64,000 nucleotides of DNA, taken from Trichodelitschia bisporula. Its lineage: Eukaryota. A model generated the notes under the pieces. It was given only the letters and a program-made list of their open reading frames with translations, made no database searches and had not been told where the DNA came from. The stretch is taken from the NCBI GenBank assembly GCA_010356995.1, contig ML996706.1:315789-379788 (forward strand), in the 5' to 3' direction. Positions 1 to 12,002 of this stretch are shown one piece after another; position 1 is the first letter of the stretch, and each line of letters begins with the position of its first letter. Position numbers and translations under genes: made by a program.

Positions 1-404
1 GGGATTCAGACCAACCAAGCCTAAACCGGCAAAGAGCCGAGCGACCCCAGCCTTACGGGCACGAATATACACACCCGAGCAACTCGGATTCGCCTAAGTC
101 GAGCAGGTATACATACACCCTAACCGAAAGATCAAGTTAGTATGCCGCCAGAAAAGTGTATATTAACACCCTACCATCCGGTCTTCCGCAGGCGAGCTCG
201 CCCAGATTGCGCATCGCCATGCCATCAACCTGAAGGCCACTAATTCCCCGGACCGACAAAGTGCGGCTTCCCGCACCCTACATGTGATCCCCGCGATGCA
301 TGTATATTTAATTTTCGTCCCGACGTGCCTTTGTTATCGTGGCACCCTTCGTTCTTTTCCATTCCAGACCGCTCGTTTCCGGGGTCGTATCCCGTACAGG
401 CACC

Positions 405-2491
405 ATGCCGTCCCTCCGCTCGTTCCTGTGTCTTGCATTTGCCGCGCTGGTCCGTGCCGGCCCCCTTCCCGATGGCTACAATACCCGCGACTCGCTCGGG
501 ATCGATGCCGAGGCTGGTCCGGCCGTAGATGCGGCGAATGCCGCGACTATGCCAGTGGTCACGCTGCCATACGGCCAGCACCGTGCGAGCAAGTACGACG
601 CGGCAACCGACGTGCGTGGGCTCCTTCCCTTCTGAGCACAACCCCACGTTTTTACCCCACTCTATGAAACACGTTCCTTTCTCCGATGCCGGCTAGCCCT
701 AACCCACGCAGATCTACACCTTCAATAACATCCGCTTCGCCGCTGCTCCTGTGGGCGACCTGCGCTGGAAGAAGCCGCAGCCTCCACTCCCAGTAGCCGG
801 CGTGCAGGATGGATCGAAGGGCGCCGCGTGCATTTCTATCGTGCCGAAGGTCGGGCTCAACTTCCTCGGCGACGCGAACTACAACGCTTCGGCTGCGGCG
901 CAGAATGCCATCATCGGTGGGTTGGGAGCGGCCGCGGCGCCGCTGATTTTTGGCGGCGCTGAGGACTGTCTGTTCCTCGATGTGTATGTTCCTGGCAAGG
1001 CGGTACGCGAGCCGGAGAAGCATAAGTTGCCGGTGGTGAATTGGATATATGGTGGTGCTGTGAGTACTCCCAGTTAACGATGAGACGACAGCTAACGTAC
1101 CAGTTCCGTATGTCACTCCCCCCCTCAACCTCAGCCACTCTAACCCCACAGTCCTCGGCTCCAAAGACATGCTAGGCGTCTACTCCGGCAACCACCTAAT
1201 CGAGCTCTCCAACAACAGTATGATCTTCGTCTCAGCAAACTACCGCCTCGGCACATTCGGCTGGCTCGCCGGCCGCACAATGGAAAAGGAATCGACCCCA
1301 AACCTCGGCCTCTGGGACCAACGCGCCGCCCTGCAATGGATCCAATCCCACATCCACCTCTTCGGTGGCGACCGCACCACCGTCTCCGCCTGGGGCGAAT
1401 CCGCCGGCGCCTCTAGTATCCTCCACCACCTCATCGCCTTCGGCGGCAAGCAGGACCCGCTCTTCCGTCGCGCTGTCCTGCAGTCTCCCGCCTTCGAACC
1501 TATGGGCGACCGCCTACCCAACGGGACACTCGAAGCTGTCTTCCAGAACTTCACTAGCCTGGCCGGATGCGCAGGTAAAGGGCTGGCGTGTCTGCGCAAA
1601 GCCCCACTGTCGGCACTCAACCGTGCCAACCAGGCAATCCAAGACGCAGCCCCGCGCGGGGCCTTCGGCGTCGGTCCCGCAGCCGACGGGTCCTGGGTGC
1701 GCCAGTTTCCGGCCATAGAAATGAAGCGCGGGGCCGTGTGGCCGGGTCTCGAGAGCGCCATCATCAGCCACACCGCCGACGAGGGGACCATTTTCGTCGA
1801 CGGGCACATCCAGTCCGACGCCGCGTTCGACGGCTTCGTGACGCAGGTCTTTGGTCAATTGGCGACGAATACCGGGTTCCTGACCGCGCTGCAAACCCGG
1901 TATCCCGCGGCGAGCGCAGCGGGGACTAAGTACGCGAATGTCACGGCGCGGGTTAAGGATTTCATCCGGGATAGCAGCTTTACGTGCAATGTGCGGTACT
2001 TGACGCAGGCCCTCGGGCCTAAGACTTGGAATATGCAGTACAGCGTGAGCCCGGGCTGGCACGGGCTGGACATCCTCGCGACGTTCACACGCGGCGGGTT
2101 GAAAATCGGCGGGACGACGTACCCAGCCACCGGGGAATTCGGGCGTTTCGCTCGCACATACCAGTCTTACCTCGTCAGCCACGCCGTGACGGGCGATCCG
2201 AACACGCTGTCTATCAAGACCGCTGATACGAGCACCGTGGCTGCGGTGCCCTGGCCCAAGACGCCGCGGTTCGTGGGGGAGAATATTGAGAACGTTCTTG
2301 ATGCGGGGAATGGGACGTTCGCTGTTGTCGTTGATAAGCAGGTGCCCAAGACGAGTTGTGAGTGGTTGCAGGAGTTTGAGGAGAAGATTACGAACCAGCT
2401 GGGGTTGGCGCCAGGGCAGGCGCTGTATGGCAATTCGCGGATGGCGGAGGTGCGCCGTGCGTTGTCGAACCTGGTGAAGGGGGTGTGGTAA
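405..2491 (+). CDS. Secreted type-B carboxylesterase/lipase (COesterase family)
   Basis: Signal-peptide-like start MPSLRSFLCLAFAALVRA; motifs IRFAAAPVGDLRW, EDCLFLDVYVP, WIYGGA, NLGLWDQRAALQW, nucleophile GESAG. Inferred introns 612-711, 1060-1103, 1108-1151 with a 4-nt exon at 1104-1107. Confidence 0.9.
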
Positions 2492-2846
2492 TAGCTAACA
2501 TCAAATGTAAATGCGAGGTACTAGAGTTGATGTATATCAGCGTAGTCACCTCAGCAAGTTCTGATGAACAATCAGCGACGATGCCGATTATTTTCATTGC
2601 CATTAGCCAAGGAAAAACACCCCTTGACAAAATCTAGCGAAGGTATCCGACAGCCTGCACGCAACGAAGGTGAGCCCTCTACTCCAAGGTATGTGCGGTC
2701 TAGAATTAGACGGAGGAAAGGGGGAGGATTATGTAACTGGCTCGCTCCCCGACACCGAGCCAACGCACAAATATCAACGCCGAACCTCCACCACACTTAT
2801 GCAAATGTGCGGTGGACGACCATCCAACACGCCGCAACCACGCTCC

Positions 2847-4190
2847 TTACTCCAGCGATGTGATGAACGTCGCCTCAGTGAAGAGTGTGCCTTCCTCCTC
2901 GATGACTTCATCTCCGATCTTGAGCTTGATAGTAAGCTTGGGGGCGAACTGTTCAGGTTAGGAAGGAACGTCTACAAGGATAATGGGTGCTACCTGGTAG
3001 ATGTAGGGCTTCGTGCCCGCCGCAGCCGCAACAATTTGCTTGACAAATTTGGGCACTTCGGCCATGATATCAATGCGATCACGTCTGGGTCCAAGGGACC
3101 CGGACAGCTCGGCTTCCACAACGGCACCGTCCTTGTTCTTGCCCTTCCACGTGTACTTCCCACCGGAAGGCTCCGGCCAGCCCGAGTCCTCGTCACCCTT
3201 GATTTCAGTGTGATCGGCTGTGCAACCTGCACCGGCCATGAGGATTTCGTTATTGCGAACGATACCGCCAATTTTCACAGGAGTACGGCCATACGACGGA
3301 GGCGTCGTGAAGTCCATGATGACGGCCGTGATGTTGGGCGAGTGGAAGTTGACAAAGTTCCACGTTGCGGCTGAATGCGTGTCTCAGTAAGGTAGATCCA
3401 GCCCATGGCAAGTTCCGACGTACCTGCGTGATGTGGCTTCATGCCCTGCAGCGCATGCACGTACATGCCCGTCCCCTTGAGGTCCGTCTCGCCAGACTTC
3501 GTGATGAAGGTCCCTTCAACCTTGCAGCGAGGCCAAAAGGCGTGGCGCATGGAGCCCCAGGGCTTTGCGGGGTCAGTGCCGAAGTACGAGGTGCCATCCT
3601 TGCCGACTACGAAACCCGGAGCGTCACGCGTGAACTTGATGTTCACGACGCACTGCTTGCCCGTTGTAGACTGGATTGTATACGAGTTGCCATCCTCAGA
3701 CAGCTCCATCGAGCAGTTGTTCGCGTAGAAGCTGCACTTATCCTTGCTGAAGCGGTAGTTCTCCAGCGCGTCGGTGGACCAGATGACGGGTTCGTCGTGG
3801 TTGGGGAAGATTAGCTTGGAGCTAAACTGTACCGTTGTTTTGATTCCACTAGAATATTCAGCGCTCAGTGCACCGTGCAAAATGGGTATACTGGCTACTC
3901 ACGCGACGTTGCTGTAGATAACCTGGGCGAATGCGACATGGCCGTCGTCAGAGGTTATATAAAATGTTTGCGTCTCGACGCTGGTAACGTCTATGGTGCG
4001 CCATTGCAAGTCCTCCTTCTTAAGTTCGGTATAGGGGACGGTTTCGCATTGCTTCGTGACGGGCTGGATTGCTCCGGGACCGTATTCTGGCTCCTGGGTG
4101 CCTGCGACGTTTGCTAGTCTAGGGGGCAACGGTTAGTTGAAGAAACGCGGGAGCGGACATATCATACTGTTGTTTTGCCCAGTTGAACAT
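2847..4190 (-). CDS. SVF1: Survival factor 1 (Svf1-like oxidative-stress/lipid-binding protein)
   Basis: Spliced ORFs beginning [21 protein letters not shown]; motifs [52 protein letters not shown]; last exon ends ...EATFITSLE* (TAA 2847-2849). Confidence 0.88.
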
Positions 4191-5208
4191 GATTGCGAAG
4201 TGTGTTTGTGTTTGCGGGGAAAAGAGAAGGGGTGGCGGAGGTTAGAGCGGAGAGAAAGCGTTGCAATGCAGGTGAAGGTTAGGTTGGTGGTTGGGTGAAG
4301 TGAAGTCATGTTCAGCCACTCACGCCAGCGGATGCGGGGTGGGCGGCGGAGTGGCGGTGCGGGGCGACTCGGGGCGAATTTGTGGCGTTTCTTGACACCA
4401 TGGCGGGGAGGGATAAGAGGGGGTGGAGGAGGACGAAGGCGGGACTGGTTGGAGGGGGGCGGAGATACTTGGCAACTGGGCGTTCTTATGTCATGCTGAG
4501 TCTCTCTTCTCACAAGATTGCCGAAGCTCGGCATTGGCACGACAAGACAAGACAAGAACAAGCCGAGAATCGGACTTGTGGGACCTTGGTTGAGAATAGA
4601 ATCGCCACGGGTCGGGACCGCCGTGTCCTCCACACGAACCCTTGAAGAGTGGGGCATCTCGAGCCTTGTTATGGCTCTGGACGCGGGGGCAGAGATGCTT
4701 GGGACACACACATCGGCACGCGGCAGCCATGGTGACAACGTGAAGCGGTTACCGGCACACCGTAGAGGGCGTTGGTGGTACCGTTGTGGCCGTGTTCCGA
4801 GATAGCGTCTCGTCACTGGTACAACAGTCATCGTACCTTATCTAGGCTATGGCATTCCGGCTGAAGGGAGCTATGATCAAGCTCGGCAATCTCATCAATG
4901 ATCGTCGTCAAGCTTTCAAAGACTTCGAGGCTGATGCAATGAGGTATTTGAGAGAGTACATTAGAGTAAAGAAGCAACGCCACCGATCTATTCATACAGT
5001 AAAGTAGTGTCGGCGGACGCATAGGAATGCTCAGAAGAGCTAGCGGGGCAAAGAGATTTTATTCCAGCTTCCCCCAACGCCCAACGCCCAACACGATGCC
5101 GTGCGCTTAACTATGGGCCAGTAGTCCAGACACTTGAACCAGTGGCGGCGAAGACGGGGACAGGGTTACTATGGTAGATACCGATAATGGGATTCCTTGC
5201 TCATACCG

Positions 5209-5272
5209 ACTCTCTCTGACTCTCCTCACTCGTCTCTCTCTCTCTCTGCCCCCCCCGCTCTCTCTCTCTCTC
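5209..5272 (+). repeat. (CT)n-rich microsatellite tract upstream of the kinase gene
   Basis: Runs such as tctctctctctctc at ~5234-5247 and ~5258-5272; typical of fungal core promoters/5' leaders. Confidence 0.7.
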
Positions 5273-6161
5273 TAGTTCTAGCAGCTCGTTACCGTACTGC
5301 CTCGCTCAGTGTACTGCTGAAAGCAGAATAGCTGCCTCTACGGCATTCCCGTCCTGCCCCACCTTGTCTCTCTCAAACCCGTGCCTTCCGCTCACTCGCG
5401 TCATTGGGCGTCCAGCTAGGATTGTTTTGCATTATTACTTATCACTGCTTCTTCCAATCCAACCCCTCCTTCACCCCCCCTCTTTTCTATCTGTACATCA
5501 CCAAGAAACCTTCCCTGTGCTCTCTTATTCCAAGCAGGTTCCGCTGAGAGGCCGTAAGAGGCAGAGAAAGGCAATTTTGTCCCTGACCACCTCTCAACCC
5601 CACCTTCTCTCTTCTCTCGCACAACCTCACTCCCCCAAACCGCATAGTCTGCTACCTCACATCAAACCCGCTTCTAATCTTGTGTCTTTTCCTGCCCCGC
5701 TTCTAACATCTCATATTTGCGCTGTCATTGTCGCTCCTTCGCTACGCCGAACGCTTCCGAGTAGCAGGCCAATATCAGTAGCACCAAGCTTACACATATT
5801 GAACCCCGCACCACGCGCACAACGCACAACTCTGGGTCACCAAACACAACTGCGGTTGCCCCCCCACTTCCCGCTGCGGAAAAGCATTCTTTCGCCTTCA
5901 CACCACATTTACGCCGCACAATTCGCAACCGCACTCCGCAAAGTTCGTTCAACCTTCACAGTTGCGGATACTGGCGGTTGTTTCAAGCTGCAGACGGTCT
6001 TGAGGAGCCTCCCTACACACAGCTAGTCTTGCTTTCCAAAGGGTGTGGTAAGCGTTCTTTGTTCGCACGTCTTCCGTCAGCTCTTCGCGGCGCAAACGTC
6101 ACCATACATTCGACGAGCCACCACTAATGCCGAACGCGCAGACACTCTCCCGTAGCCCGCC

Positions 6162-8499
6162 ATGGTCAATCGGTCGGACCAAACCCAGCCCGCTGTCCGC
6201 TTCAGCTCAGTACAGCAAGAGATCCCACCAGACGAAAGCATGCAGCATGCCGCCCCGAGCAGGTCTGAGGAACGCGAAGAGGACTTTCCTCTTGAAGCCA
6301 AGCAGGAGATCCGCAGCCTTGCTATGTCGCTGCAGAACGGTCGTTTACAAAATAAGAGGATGGAAGACTTCACCTTCGAGCCGGTGTCGCTTCCGGTATC
6401 GCGAGTACGTCCCTCGCCATTTCGTACGTTCGATGCTCATATATTACAGGTGCCTTCTGGCTCCAGCTCTAACATCAACCTTTCGGGCGCTCCCTCGCCC
6501 CAAGTAGGCGCCGTGCATTCACCGCCCCTGACCCCGGCAGCATCTGGTGGTCGTGACGGAAAGCCAGTCCTCGGGCATGTGAAGCATAACTCAGAGTCTC
6601 AGTCCGTTCCTGTCACTCCGCAAACCTCACCTCCCCACGAGCAGCCTCCAACGTCTATTCCGAGTGGATCTCAAGAGTTTAAGCCATCTTCTGCTGCCCA
6701 GGCGCGCCTTCCGAAGTCTCCAGGCTTGCGGCCCTCGTCCATGTACGAAGGCGTTGAGGCCGTTCCGAGCCATCCGAAACATCCTCCAGCTGGTAGCTTT
6801 GGCCCGACCGGAGATTCACTTCCACCCTCTCACGACGGTAGTCCTGCTGGTACTCCTCGGCCCGGGACTCCGAACATTCCGGCAGGTGCTCAGTCGCCTT
6901 ATCCTAGGCCGTTTTCACCCCACGATGACCACAATAACCCATACGCGCGTGCAAAGCGTCCGCCTCAGCCTCAAAATTTGAATACAATAGATCCGCGGTT
7001 CGTTTTCGCGCGGGAGCGTCCCAAGAGCCCGTTCTTCATGCTCAAAGACGAGCGGAGTCGCGACTCGAAGGGATCCGAGAAGCGTTCCATTTTCGGAAGT
7101 GGCAGCAAGCACGATGAAAGTGACTCGGGGAAGCGCCCAACAGATAAGCATCATCATCACGGGTCCATGACTGATTTGAAGCGGTTCTTCAAAATTGGTG
7201 GGAAGAAGGACAAAGACAAGGAGAAGCGCGAGTCGTCGCCGGTGGGGGTCAGTGCAGCTGGAACGCGCACACCCCCTTCCATTCAGCGCAACGGTTCTGC
7301 CTTGCCATTTGCGGATGATCACGGGATCGAGTCCAAGTACGGCAAATTCGGAAAGATCCTCGGCTCGGGGGCTGGCGGATCGGTCCGCCTGATGAAGCGG
7401 AGTTCGGACGGCGTCACGTTTGCCGTCAAGCAGTTCCGTGACCGTCACAGCTATGAGTCAGAGAAGGAGTACAATAAGAAGGTGACTGCGGAGTTCTGCA
7501 TAGGCTCGACTCTCCATCATGGCAACATCATCGAGACGATGGATATCGTGTACGAGAAGGGCAAGTGGTTCGAGGTCATGGAGTATGCACCGTTCGACCT
7601 CTTTGCCATCGTCATGACAGGCAAGATGTCACGCGAGGAGATCGGGTGCTCGACTCTTCAAATCCTGAACGGTGTTTGCTATTTGCATAGTATGGGACTG
7701 GCGCACCGCGATCTTAAGCTGGACAATGTGGTGGTCAATGAGCATGGGATCATGAAAATCATCGACTTTGGCAGCGCTGTTGTGTTTCAATATCCCTTCG
7801 AGAACGAGATTGTCCTGGCTAGCGGTAAGTTAGATCGAGCTGGGGTTTCGTTTCTGGATGCTAATTGAAACAGGGATCGTGGGATCCGATCCATACCTCG
7901 CCCCTGAAGTCTACGATCTGCCAAAGTACGATCCGCAGCCGACCGATATCTGGTCCCTCGCCATCATCTTCTGCTGCATGACGCTTCGACGCTTCCCCTG
8001 GAAGATGCCCCGTGTCAGTGACAACTCGTACAAGCTGTTCATCTCCGAACCGACGGAGGAAGAGCTTCGCAGCAACGTCTACCCGCATGACCAACGCTCA
8101 CCAATCGCCTCCTCGGAGTCGGCCTCACGCCAATCCAGCGACCCATCAAACCCGCGCTCCCACCGCCGCGGCAAATCCGAAGAAGCCCGATCCGAACCTG
8201 TTACCCGCGCGCCCACCGACGACGTCCAGCCCGCGCAGCCGGCACCTCCTACCGTGCTCAAGGGCCCCTGGCGCCTGCTCCGCTTGCTTCCTCGCGAGAC
8301 CCGCCATATCATCGGGCGCATGCTCGAGGTGGATCCGAGGAAGCGGGCGACGCTCGAGGAGATTCTCTCGGATCAGTGGGTGCGGAAGACACTCTTCTGC
8401 ATGCAGGACCCGAGCGGTAAGGTGCTACGCGCCGAAGGGCATACGCATACCCTGGAGCCTGGGAGTGGGCAGGCGCCGGCACCGGCGGCGAAGAAATAG
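6162..8499 (+). CDS. Hal4/Sat4-type (HAL/NPR family) Ser/Thr protein kinase
   Basis: GSGAGGSV glycine loop, [41 protein letters not shown]; long Pro/Ser-rich N-terminus; intron ~7825-7873 joins ORFs 6162-7868 and 7858-8499 (a possible in-frame intron ~6405-6449). Confidence 0.9.
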
Positions 8500-9337
8500 G
8501 ATTTCTTCGATGATGGTCCTGAGGTTAAACGGCGTCGGGTGGAGGAAAAAAGTACTAGAACTGCGCTTCCAGGTATCGGGGAGTTGCTGTCGTCTGGGCA
8601 TATTATCGGCGCCCGCTCCCGATAGGATGTGCGGTTTCATTGCCTATGGGCTTTATAATGATGAAGAGGCGGATAAAAGGAGTGAGTGTATAGAAGGGAA
8701 AGAGGTTGCATATGGGACGTTTTGCATATGCGCAACATGCATATGCACGGCATGCGTATGCAGGTTAATAGAATGAACACTGGTGAAATGGTCGGGTCGT
8801 TAGGGATGGCGGGCTGGGCATTTCCGGGTTGTGTTTAGGGGGGGATGGTATCGAAGCTTGTCCATATGATGAGCTAGCTGAATGGACGTGTCTTTAGTGC
8901 TCTCGCTATGTGCCGTGTGCCGCTGTGATGCGATGTTGGTGACTCAGTGGCAAGCTACTCGGGCCGCTGAGGGCTTATCCGAGGCGTGGCGGGAGGCCCG
9001 CTCGAGCGAGTACCGAGTACGGCGACGGGGGCTTCTCCGATGCTAGGGCGGCGGACCGAGGTCCGATTTCTGGCGATTCGAGGTCTGACTGTACGCTAGG
9101 GATGGGAGCGGAGGGCGGGGCGGAGGGCGGAGCGGAAGGAGCGGGGTGGAAGTAGTGGAGTGGAAAGAGTGAGTCTAAATCGCGACTGCCTCCTGCCTGA
9201 CTGAGACATGCACATGTGATCGGAGATTGAGTCTCGCTCGATCATCACGATTACATTACTACGAATACGGGTATATCACCAGCACACACATACACAGTCC
9301 GGATTACCGCCTCTCATTCCCCATTCTCAAAGCCCGT

Positions 9338-10237
9338 CTACCGCTTCTTCCCACCCCCTAGCCCGACCGCCGCTACATCCTCCAGCACAGCGCGGTATGC
9401 AGCTTCTTTGCGATCGAACGGGGCGTTGTACATGGCGGGAAGGACGCGTTTAGAGTCTGACCATTAGCTTTCGCTCAGTGATATCAGAAGGGTAGGGAAC
9501 TTACTCGCATGCTTATCGTCGAACACGATCTCCTCTCCTCCCTTCTCCGCGACAATCCGCACCGCCTCTTCAAGTAGCGCCACACCCACGCCTTTTCCGC
9601 GATACCGGAGCTTCGTCGTCCATCCCCGCACAACGCCGCGTCCCCCCTTCCGCCGCCTGTTTCCCCGTCCCTCGCCCCGTTCCCACCCCAGGATTAGGGA
9701 GCCAATGACATCCCCCCCGAACTTTGTAACCAGCACCACATCCTCCCCAAGCCACTCCCGTCCGACCGCTTCCGCGGCGTAAATATACCCTGCCGTCGCG
9801 GCCCGCGCCCCGACTAGCACCGCCATCGCGACTCCGGCGCCAGTCGTGAATATCAAAGGGATGTCGCCGCGCGTCTTGTACATCAGATGCCACAGCCCAG
9901 CGAGCAGCGCAGCGAAGAGCGCGCCGTGCAGCGGGTGGTAGAGTAGGATCCGCGCAGCCAATTGCCGCTGCTGGGCCACAGAGTCGGCAACGAGCTTCAG
10001 CCCCGCAATCTGATCGGCCGGCGTAATCGCAACGTGCGTTTCCAGCGGCGGGAGTTCCTCGTCCGCGGGGGCTTCGGTGGAGGAAGGCGCGAGGGGAAGC
10101 GAAGGCGGGGACGACATGCTGCCGTTTGGTTGTGCGGTTAGGGGAGGCGTGGTTGCGGGACTGGGGAGCAGGTCGTCGTCGCTTATGCGCAGGTTTGCGC
10201 TGAGGGAGGAGAGGAAGGCTGGGTGTGTTAGGGCCAT
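9338..10237 (-). CDS. GNAT-like acetyltransferase with hydrophobic N-terminal helices
   Basis: Start MALTHPAF (ATG 10237); LKLVADSVAQQRQ, two hydrophobic segments, acetyl-CoA motif A-like VRGWTTKLRYRGKGVGVALLEEA; intron ~9457-9504 then SKRVLPAMYN...GGGKKR*. Confidence 0.72.
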
Positions 10238-12002
10238 TGTTTTTCTAAAGTTTTTGGGTTTGAGTGAGAAAGAGGGCGAGTGCGCGCGGTATATGTCGCC
10301 TCGCCGTCCCTGGCGCCGCTGGCATGTCACTGGCGGCGCGGGGGGCGCGGCCAGATCTAGTCCACGGCCCCGCTCCACGTCCACGCGGTGACATTTCGCG
10401 CGGCTCAACGCGAGGGGCTAGCCCGCGCGGCCGGCGCTCGTTGCCCAATTTTCTTTTCTAGAAGGACACGGAGACATGGGACTCACTTGCGCTGGTCTTG
10501 AACCCGGGGATCTTTTCGCCCACGCTGCCGCGCGACACGTGCCGGGGCTTGAAGCTGCTGGAGCTGGAGCCCGCGCCGCTGGCTGTGGAGGCGGAGAGTT
10601 GGCGTGAGTGGCCGTGGCCGTGGCCGTGGGAGTGGGTGCGGGGGAGGGAGGGGTCGCGTGGTGGAGGGGCTGGGACTGGTGGTCCTGAGGTGTCGCGCAT
10701 CGTGGGTGCGGCTGAGGGGGTTTTTATGTACTTCTCGCTGTAGACGGGGCGGGCGGGGCGGAATCGGAGGCTACGAGTCGGTGGGCGGAAGAGAGTGGAT
10801 CGTACAGCAAAGCGGAGGAAAATTTCAGATGGGATGAAAGACGTTCAAGAGCCCGCGGGGCGCAACGTGCCGGGGGACATGCTCCTGATAGGCAGGGAGC
10901 CAAGAGGCGCGGGCGGTGCTGGGCGAGGCTTGACGGTGGGAGTTTAGCCTAGCAGATTGCGGTGTTCGTCGTGGCGTTGTGCGGAGCGTAAGAAAGCGAT
11001 GAAAGAAAGAAAGGAGGATGGTGATACGATGCGGTGGGGATCTCGCGATGTTTGATCCCTTCCTCCCCGCGAGCTGACGTCTGGGATAACAAGCGAACCT
11101 CGTCTCACTTCCGCGGCGCCGGAAGCACCGCAAGGTCGAACCGCAGACTGCCCACGAACCGCCCGACATCCCGCTACGCCGCACACACCGCAGCCTACTC
11201 TACCGGCCACGGGCAGGCTGGCAGATAGACGCGCATCCGCGAACCGGGCTCGCCCCCCGACGCCGCGTCCGCGCTCCTGGTGCGGAATAGATGAAGCCCG
11301 CCGGGGGTACGCTGGGACGCGCGGCGGGCGAGCCGAAACGGCCCCAACATCCCCAATACCCCTCCCTCTTCCATATTAGCTCGTCTTGCTCTTAACATTC
11401 CCTATCTTGTGTTGCTGCGGCGTTGGTATCGCGCGTTCTTAGCCTTACGGTACGACGCCGCGATGCTGTGCCCCTCGTTGCGATAAGATATGCCCCGCTC
11501 CCGCAACGCCCCGAGGCCACTCGCCAGCCTCGCCGGGCCGTTGTGCGACGATCCACCCGGCACGTCGCGTTTCACGCCCGCGGGTTGTTCCACCATTGCG
11601 CACAGCTCGCGTGCTCGCACGTCATACGTCACTGCTGGTTAATTAAGCCGCACTTTGTACCCTGAACGGTTGACCCGTGGGTAACTATATTAGTGGTTCT
11701 TGCACTTCACTGAGAGCCGAATCGGAACTTCCGCAATTGCTACGTAGAAGCCCTCTATACAGATTAACGCTCTCAAGTTACAATTCTACAGACAGCTCTC
11801 AACTAAATGCACGTCTGATGCTACCCGGGTATAGTGGCTGTAAGTACTCGCAAAAGCAGCAAAGCAGTCCCAACTACAAACGCCCGCACCCCCCCTCGGC
11901 CATGCAAACTGCCCTCCCACCACCTCACAACACCCGCAACAAGCCCACAGTAAGAGCTGAAAAACAAAAGCACAAGGAAATTTTCACAAAGTGAAAGACA
12001 CT

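Noticed and set aside
60..175. Three loosely spaced TATA(C/T)..ACACCC motifs at the window start
   Set aside because: Too short and degenerate to separate from chance, and the upstream context is missing.
4133..4831. 232-aa minus-strand ORF upstream of SVF1
   Set aside because: Low-complexity translation of promoter/leader DNA in a different frame from the SVF1 first exon.
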